From NCBI GenBank assembly GCA_963674705.1, contig OY771506.1, forward strand, positions 1,888,001-1,952,000: a stretch of 64,000 nucleotides of DNA, written 5' to 3'. Shown here piece after piece: positions 58,170-64,000 of the stretch; within the stretch, counting starts at the first letter, position 1, and every line of letters starts with the position of its first letter. The position numbers and the translations under genes are program-made. Source of the stretch: Phycisphaeraceae bacterium (GTDB lineage Bacteria; Planctomycetota; Phycisphaerae; Phycisphaerales; Phycisphaeraceae). The notes below the pieces were generated by a model. That model searched no databases and was not told the DNA's origin. It worked only from the letters and a program-made list of their open reading frames with translations.

Positions 58170-58791
58170 TGCTTGGCTCCGTGCTTGCCGACCACTGGCT
58201 CGATACATACGAGGACAGGGGGCGGCGAAGAGCCTTCAAGGCTTGGTGCATGTGAGCACGAATAGTCGATTCCCGCAGGCCGTAACACTCGGCGATCTCC
58301 GCGTAAGGCATGCAACACCAGATACGCATCACCACCACCGCCCGTTGTTTCTCCGGCAGCTTCAGCACAGCCTGCTCCACGATCTCGGTCGATTCATCTC
58401 GGATCAGCGCGTCAACCGGATCGTTGTCTGCCGTGTTGTCGGCCGGTTCATCCAGCTCGAACGTCGTCGTGATGAACCGCCGCGTTATCTTCCGCCGCAG
58501 CCGCGACCTGCAGGCATTGCGCGCGATCTGGAAGACCCATGGCCTGAACTTGCTGCCCCGCTTGTAGGTCTTGCGTTTCGTCCAGACGGCCATGAAGACT
58601 TCCTGGAATATTTCTTCGCTCTCCGCGTAGTTGCCCATCATCCGACAGATAAATGTCAGCAACGGATTGGCGTACCGACGAACCAGCGGATCGAGTTTCT
58701 CGGATTGCCCACTGGCGACCCGGCCCATCAGCGATTCGTCGGATTCGTGTGCGTGTGTCAGTTGCATATGACGCGGTGGTCCTTCACTCAT
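58162..58791 (-). CDS. ECF (sigma-70 group 4) RNA polymerase sigma factor
   Basis: SDESLM, EEIFQEVFMAVW, FRPWVFQIARN and LPEKQRAVVVMR....PYAEIA....ESTIR. The start may be at 58767. Confidence 0.93.
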   Translation of the reverse strand: MSEGPPRHMQLTHAHESDESLMGRVASGQSEKLDPLVRRYANPLLTFICRMMGNYAESEEIFQEVFMAVWTKRKTYKRGSKFRPWVFQIARNACRSRLRRKITRRFITTTFELDEPADNTADNDPVDALIRDESTEIVEQAVLKLPEKQRAVVVMRIWCCMPYAEIAECYGLRESTIRAHMHQALKALRRPLSSYVSSQWSASTEPSND

Positions 58792-58955
58792 GGATATGCG
58801 CATGGACCGCAAAGCGCGTAGCCAAACCCCGTGTTTGACCCGGTAAATAGCCATAATAGTAGTGGATTCAGGTGTTTACCGACATCAAAAAAATTACCCG
58901 GATGCTTGCACGTTTTTGAGATCGGTCCGGGAGCATCGCTTAGGCGCAAGCATAT

Positions 58956-58984
58956 AAAAAGACCAGCCGCGGTGGGCTGGCCTT
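58956..58984 (-). terminator. Rho-independent terminator of the GH51 gene
   Basis: Minus strand GGCCAGCC-caccgc-GGCTGGTC followed by TTTTT. Confidence 0.75.
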
Positions 58985-59021
58985 GTAGTGTTGGATTGTC
59001 GGGCCGCTTGGCCGCCTTCGT

Positions 59022-61547
59022 TTACGGGATGATCCGTATGACGGAAAGCGAATGCGCCGGCGCTTCATACGAAAGCTCGGGCTGAACCGGTATCGCCTTC
59101 GTCTTCGGCACAACGATCTCAGGTTCTTCCATCGTGTTTGTCGCCATCGGATCGCCGGCGAGTACCGTCAGGTTAGCGACCTTCGTCTCCGTGACCCACT
59201 GACTCAGGTCGACCTTCAGCGGGTATGCCTTGTCGCTGACGTTGACGATCTTGACCATCAGTTCCCCGGTCTGAGCGCGCCGGACCGCCGATGCATACAA
59301 CGGCACGGGCAAGGTGAATGCCTGTGCTTCAATCTCATGCACCAGTTCATCATCCAGGTAGCATCGCACCTTTTCGCCCTGCACTTCGATGCGGATGTCG
59401 TACCAGCGGCCGGTTTCGATCTGACCTTGCACTGCGCGCCCGTATTCATCACCGCCACCGCCGGACGTTATTTTTTCAATCGCGTGTCGGCTGTTGCCCC
59501 ATCCGCCGAGGTTCCACCAGTAGTATTGATCCTTGCTCGAACGCTTGAAACCGATCAGGAAACCTTCGTGCCCTCCAAGCTTGCGGGCACGAAGTGAGAT
59601 CGTGTATTCACCGGCGGGTGGTTCGATGTTCAATACGGATAACGCCGGCTGGTGCCTTTCGTTCTGGCGGTACGCACCAGCTTCCACGTGCCAATCGCCG
59701 GATGTAACCGTCCAGTTCTTCGGTTCACCCTCAAAGGTTTCCTCCGCGATCACCTTATCGCCGCTCGTGATCCGCACATCGTCATATTCCGACTGCGTGC
59801 CCCACGTGCCCAGCAGCACGCCTTCGCCTTGCAACTGTTCAGGCTGAAGCGACTGATCGAACTCACTTTGAATGTAGTAGTCGCCGCCGTTGAGGCTGAA
59901 TAACTGCTGCACGTAATAGTTGGCGGTGCGCAGGATGCGCTGGTTGTCGAAGTAGATCATGTTCGGGTTCCATTGCGTCCGCCCGATCTTGCCGAGCATC
60001 GGTGCATAGGAACTGAACCGAACGATATCCGCGTTGCGCTCGAGAGCCGTCAGGTAAGCCGCTTCGGCAAGCGCCGAACGCAGCGTGTTACGCCTGCCCA
60101 CATCATGCGCCGCGTATTCCCCGAGATAAACCGTCGGCCCGGTACGCGGATATTGATCGTAAAAATCGTTGTGTGTCAGGAACCAGTCCGGCGCGACGTA
60201 GTAATGCTCATCGACCATGTCGATGTCAAGCTCGCGCGCGATCTTCCAGCCTTGCTCATAATCGTAACCCGCCCAGAACGGCCCGCTCGTACCGATTACG
60301 GTAATCTCAGGATGCTTCGCCTTCACCGCCGCGTTGAGCATCGCAAAACGTTCGCGGAACACGTCTGTGATCTGATCCTCGTTACCCACGCCGATATACT
60401 TCAGATTAAACGGTTCAGGATGCCCGGCCGCGGCACGCTTCGCGCCCCACTGCGAATCCGCAGGTCCGTTCGCCCATTCGATCAGGTCCAGTATCTCCTG
60501 AACGTATGCATCCATCTCCTCCATCGGGATGCCGCGCTGCCCATGCCCCCAATCGCCGCGTGAGTTCTGGCAACACACACCCGCCGGTACGACAGGCAAC
60601 GGCTCCGCGCCCATGTCTTCACAGAACTGGAAGTACTCGTAATAACCCAGCCCGTATGTCTGATGATACCCCCAGATATTGCGCTGTCCCTTGCGCTGCT
60701 CGACCGGGCCGATCGTGTCTTTCCAGCGATACATGTTGTCTAAACCGTTGCCGTGCGCGACACACCCGCCGGGGAACCGCATGAACTTCGGCTTAAGGTC
60801 CGCGATCGTCTGCGCCAGGTCCGCACGCAAACCGTTTCGATGATTCATAAACGTCTTGCGCGGGAATAGCGACACCATGTCCACCGCCGTTTTGCCGTTG
60901 CCTTGAAACTCGATCACGAGCGTCGCGTTGTCCGCCGCCTTCGTCGCCTTCAGGCTTGTTTGATACTGCTTCCAGTTGCCCCCGATATTGGGTAGCTTCG
61001 CAACCGCCAGCACATCACCATCAGATGAAACCAGCTTCACACGCATCGGCCTCAGCCCACCCTCGATTTGCCGGGCGAAAACCGAGAAGTCATACGCCTC
61101 CTTGGCTTTCAGTGGCATCCCTTGGAACCCTTCATTCACCAGGCTAAGCGTTTCGGTCGTGTCTTTCTTTTCAACAACCAGGTAATGCGGGTTGTTCGTG
61201 TCCAGCGGCTCGTCCGATTCGACCTTGATCGAACCCTTGCCCTCTTCCACACCCTTCATCGACCACGCGGTCAACGGCTCGAACCTTGGATTATCCGCAT
61301 GGCTGAACTCGAACGAACGGTTACGCACCAATTCTGCATACAGTCCGCCGTCCGCCGCATAATTGATGTCTTCATAGAAGATGCCGATCAGGTCCGGGCT
61401 GATCGACTTTTCCTGCTTCGAGATCGTCAGCGTGATCGGCTCGCTCTTCGCCGCGTCGGTCTGCGCCTCGGCATGCATCGCACAACCTAACAAGACAGAA
61501 CCTGTGAGAACAGCCAGCGACGCAAACATTTGGGTGCTTGTCTTCAT
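59022..61547 (-). CDS. Alpha-L-arabinofuranosidase, GH51, with CBM-like and inserted beta-sandwich domains
   Basis: GIFYEDINYAADGGLYAELV.NRSFE, RFPGGC, GVGNE (acid/base), DEHYY, LGEYA (nucleophile) and LERNAD.V..SYAP. Confidence 0.94.
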   Translation of the reverse strand: MKTSTQMFASLAVLTGSVLLGCAMHAEAQTDAAKSEPITLTISKQEKSISPDLIGIFYEDINYAADGGLYAELVRNRSFEFSHADNPRFEPLTAWSMKGVEEGKGSIKVESDEPLDTNNPHYLVVEKKDTTETLSLVNEGFQGMPLKAKEAYDFSVFARQIEGGLRPMRVKLVSSDGDVLAVAKLPNIGGNWKQYQTSLKATKAADNATLVIEFQGNGKTAVDMVSLFPRKTFMNHRNGLRADLAQTIADLKPKFMRFPGGCVAHGNGLDNMYRWKDTIGPVEQRKGQRNIWGYHQTYGLGYYEYFQFCEDMGAEPLPVVPAGVCCQNSRGDWGHGQRGIPMEEMDAYVQEILDLIEWANGPADSQWGAKRAAAGHPEPFNLKYIGVGNEDQITDVFRERFAMLNAAVKAKHPEITVIGTSGPFWAGYDYEQGWKIARELDIDMVDEHYYVAPDWFLTHNDFYDQYPRTGPTVYLGEYAAHDVGRRNTLRSALAEAAYLTALERNADIVRFSSYAPMLGKIGRTQWNPNMIYFDNQRILRTANYYVQQLFSLNGGDYYIQSEFDQSLQPEQLQGEGVLLGTWGTQSEYDDVRITSGDKVIAEETFEGEPKNWTVTSGDWHVEAGAYRQNERHQPALSVLNIEPPAGEYTISLRARKLGGHEGFLIGFKRSSKDQYYWWNLGGWGNSRHAIEKITSGGGGDEYGRAVQGQIETGRWYDIRIEVQGEKVRCYLDDELVHEIEAQAFTLPVPLYASAVRRAQTGELMVKIVNVSDKAYPLKVDLSQWVTETKVANLTVLAGDPMATNTMEEPEIVVPKTKAIPVQPELSYEAPAHSLSVIRIIP

Positions 61548-61678
61548 GTTGAATCTTTGTGTTAATGTTGGTTGTCGTTGAGTATCATTACAACACAGCG
61601 TTGCACGCCGATGCCCCGCACGGCGTCGACAGTACAGCCATCAATCAAAACGAATCGCATCCTCCAAGTATAGCAGCG

Positions 61679-64000
61679 TTACTGCTCCTTGATCCATACC
61701 TTTGATACCGGCCCCTGCTCATCCTTCTTGATCCGGTTGCTGCGAGCGTAGAAGGGGATCGCCTGTAAGTCGCTGCCGTCCGCCCATTTGCCCGTGATCA
61801 CCATCACCCCGCCCAGCAGGTTCGGCTTCCACTGCGTGCTCAACTCGGCATCGCTCGCAAGCGCTTTATCCAACGGCTGGTCCGCGCTCTCGAACGTGTA
61901 GATCAAAGGCCCGTACCGTAGCGCCACCTGCCCGCGCGTCGCTGCGATCTTTTCAGACGCATGGATACGCTGAATCTTCATCGGCAACTCAAACTCGACC
62001 GTGTCGCCTTGCTCCCACATCCGGTCGATCACCGCGTAGCCGTTCTCGATTGCCGGCTCGATCGTTTCGCCGTTCAGCTTGATCCACAAGATGCCATCCG
62101 CATCAGGTTCAGCATCATACAGTTCACTGACATCGCGCACCGGTCGGCGTATATGCAGCGCAAACTTACTTGCTTTGCCGGGATTCACCGTCAGTTTGAT
62201 GTTTCCGTCCCACGGATAATCCGTTTTCTGCACCATCTTCACGTCCGTCCCGCCGACGCCCGTCACGGTGATCGTGCTGCCGACGAACATATTCACATAA
62301 ATATCGCTGGCATCCTTGGCATACATCCACGTCGGCAGCATCAACAGCACACGCGGGATGTTCCCCACGCAGCACGGGCAGACGTGCCAGGGATACCGCG
62401 CCCCGTGCTCGGTTAGCGCGTTCGTGTAATAGAAGTTGTTGCCGTCCTGATCGAGCGAACCAAGCAGCGCGTTGAACAACGTCTCTTCGTAAAGGTCCGC
62501 GTACTTCGCTTCGTGGTACGCCATCGTGAGCTTGTGCTCGAAGTAAATCAATCCGCAGCTCGAGCACGATTCGCAATACGCTTCATGCCGAAGCGAATAG
62601 TCCGGCCCGAAGCCTTCCGACGTTTCGCCGCTGCCGATCCCGCCGGTCACGTAGTATTTGCGGTTGATCATGTTGTCGAACAGGCTCATCACCGCGCTCT
62701 GGTAATCGATGTCCTGCGTCTCCATCGCGACATCTGACATGCCCGCGTAGTTGTACGAGGCACGCACCGCATGCCCGACCGCTTCGTACTGTTGTGTCAC
62801 CGGCACGTGGCTCTGTGAATATTCATTCCCGCCCGATCGGCAATCCAGCAGGAACTTGGCAAGCGCGATGTACTTATCTCCCTTGCCGTCGCCTTCGACC
62901 GTGTTCACGAAACGCCCGAAGCGCACCAGCGCCATCTCCATCGCCTGGTGCTCATCCCACCACCTCTGCTTCGGCGGCGGGCCGATCTGCGCTTCCCAGC
63001 AATCCGCCAGCTTCTTCGCCGCGTTGTACAGCCGAAGGTCTTTCCCGCCGGTCATCATGTAGTGCGACACCGCCGCCTCAAGGAAGTAACCCGCGACGTA
63101 CCCTTCGTGATATGTCCGGTACTTATCCGACCAGCGTTTTCGATCCGGGTGCAGCGTGAACGCCGTCTGTAAATACCCGTCCGGTTCTTGCGCCGCGAGG
63201 ATCTTCGGGATCCAGTCTTCCAGCGTGTCGTGCATCTTCTGCTGCACCGCGATCATCATCTGATCGCCTTGCGGATCGAGCATCTGCGCAACGCACATCG
63301 CCTCGATCGTGTTGTAAACCCACGCGTTGGAGAAGATGTACCCGCGGTGCTTCTCTGCATTTTCGCCGCGCAGTTTCTTCGCCGCCTCGACGAAGTTGTT
63401 GATCCCGCCTTCTTTCAGATCGGGCTTGCTGATCGTGTCGATGCAGTGGGGAATCCAGTTTACGATGATCGACCTGGCCCTCTGATTCCAAAGCGGGCTG
63501 TCGATCTTGTAAGGCATCGTATCGACCGGGCTCAGGTTCTCCGCAGGCGGGCCGTGCACGACTGTGACATGCAGCGTGTCTGCTGTCGTTTCTCCGTTCT
63601 GCGTGGCCATGAGTTGCAGTTCGTATTCGCCAGGCTCGCTGAATGTCGCGGTTGTGTCAACATCGCCGCTATCGGCAAACGTCACCACGCCCGGCCCGGA
63701 AACCTTGCTCCACTGAATATCACAATCACCGGATAGCGCGGATACATCGCCGCCCAGGTACGTCTTGCCGTTCAGCATGACCGAGCGGTCCGCATTGGCC
63801 TTGACCCGCGGCGGGAATGTCGACGACTTACCGCTGTCAAACACTTTCCATTCGAGGATGCCTGTGGAGAATTCTTCGTTGCCATCGATCTCAAGACGCA
63901 GTCTGGTCGTGATGACCTCTTCAAAGCTAAGGTCGTTCCACTGATCACGCTCGACGCCGATCGCGCCGCTCGCCTTGACCGGCTTGAACGCTTCGCCGTC
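61679..64000 (-). CDS. Beta-L-arabinofuranosidase GH127 with PKD-like and discoidin-like N-terminal domains (partial, start beyond the window)
   Basis: HEGY.AG, AVGHAVRA, YVTGGIG, YCESCSSC, YEETLFN and CPCCVGN. The frame stays open to 64000 (…TTRLRLEI…ILEWKVFD…WSKVSGPG). Confidence 0.92.
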   Translation of the reverse strand, partial: DGEAFKPVKASGAIGVERDQWNDLSFEEVITTRLRLEIDGNEEFSTGILEWKVFDSGKSSTFPPRVKANADRSVMLNGKTYLGGDVSALSGDCDIQWSKVSGPGVVTFADSGDVDTTATFSEPGEYELQLMATQNGETTADTLHVTVVHGPPAENLSPVDTMPYKIDSPLWNQRARSIIVNWIPHCIDTISKPDLKEGGINNFVEAAKKLRGENAEKHRGYIFSNAWVYNTIEAMCVAQMLDPQGDQMMIAVQQKMHDTLEDWIPKILAAQEPDGYLQTAFTLHPDRKRWSDKYRTYHEGYVAGYFLEAAVSHYMMTGGKDLRLYNAAKKLADCWEAQIGPPPKQRWWDEHQAMEMALVRFGRFVNTVEGDGKGDKYIALAKFLLDCRSGGNEYSQSHVPVTQQYEAVGHAVRASYNYAGMSDVAMETQDIDYQSAVMSLFDNMINRKYYVTGGIGSGETSEGFGPDYSLRHEAYCESCSSCGLIYFEHKLTMAYHEAKYADLYEETLFNALLGSLDQDGNNFYYTNALTEHGARYPWHVCPCCVGNIPRVLLMLPTWMYAKDASDIYVNMFVGSTITVTGVGGTDVKMVQKTDYPWDGNIKLTVNPGKASKFALHIRRPVRDVSELYDAEPDADGILWIKLNGETIEPAIENGYAVIDRMWEQGDTVEFELPMKIQRIHASEKIAATRGQVALRYGPLIYTFESADQPLDKALASDAELSTQWKPNLLGGVMVITGKWADGSDLQAIPFYARSNRIKKDEQGPVSKVWIKEQ

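Overview
GC-rich bacterial window, most likely Planctomycetota (Phycisphaerae-like). That call is inferred from PEP-CTERM proteins with a GDxNxDGFVGLxDLDIVLxxWN dockerin-like tail, FTLIELLVVISI pilin-like proteins and XylR-type regulators. Four modules are visible. (1) 0.5-7.1 kb: a NikR locus. A divergent operon encodes a PEP-CTERM surface protein, a prepilin-type protein and a ZnuABC/TroA-type metal ABC transporter, with two candidate AC-N13-GT operators upstream. trxB, ruvA and a membrane protein follow. (2) 11-29 kb: a 10-gene operon running MoxR AAA+ / DUF58 / BatA-vWA / vWA / coiled-coil membrane protein / DUF4159, then a tetraheme cytochrome c fused to a degenerate 5'-nucleotidase-like domain, a thioredoxin-like+HEAT protein and two paralogous lipoproteins. 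(3) 29-53 kb and 59-64 kb: a rhamnogalacturonan-I/arabinan utilisation region (PL11, PL26, CE12, GH127/146, GH51, Kelch-SSS transporter, sugar ABC, XylR-like regulator) that includes a decayed pilin + GH127-PEP-CTERM pair. (4) 53.4-58.8 kb: an ECF sigma factor coupled to a ~1600-aa protein that fuses an anti-sigma-like domain, a TM helix and a thioester alpha-2-macroglobulin. Its bait region carries a membrane hairpin with a type IV pilin-like helix. Module 4 is the best candidate for an undescribed system (a protease-sensing signalling trap). No rRNA, tRNA, CRISPR array or transposase was recognised. All family calls come from motif recognition by eye, not database searches.
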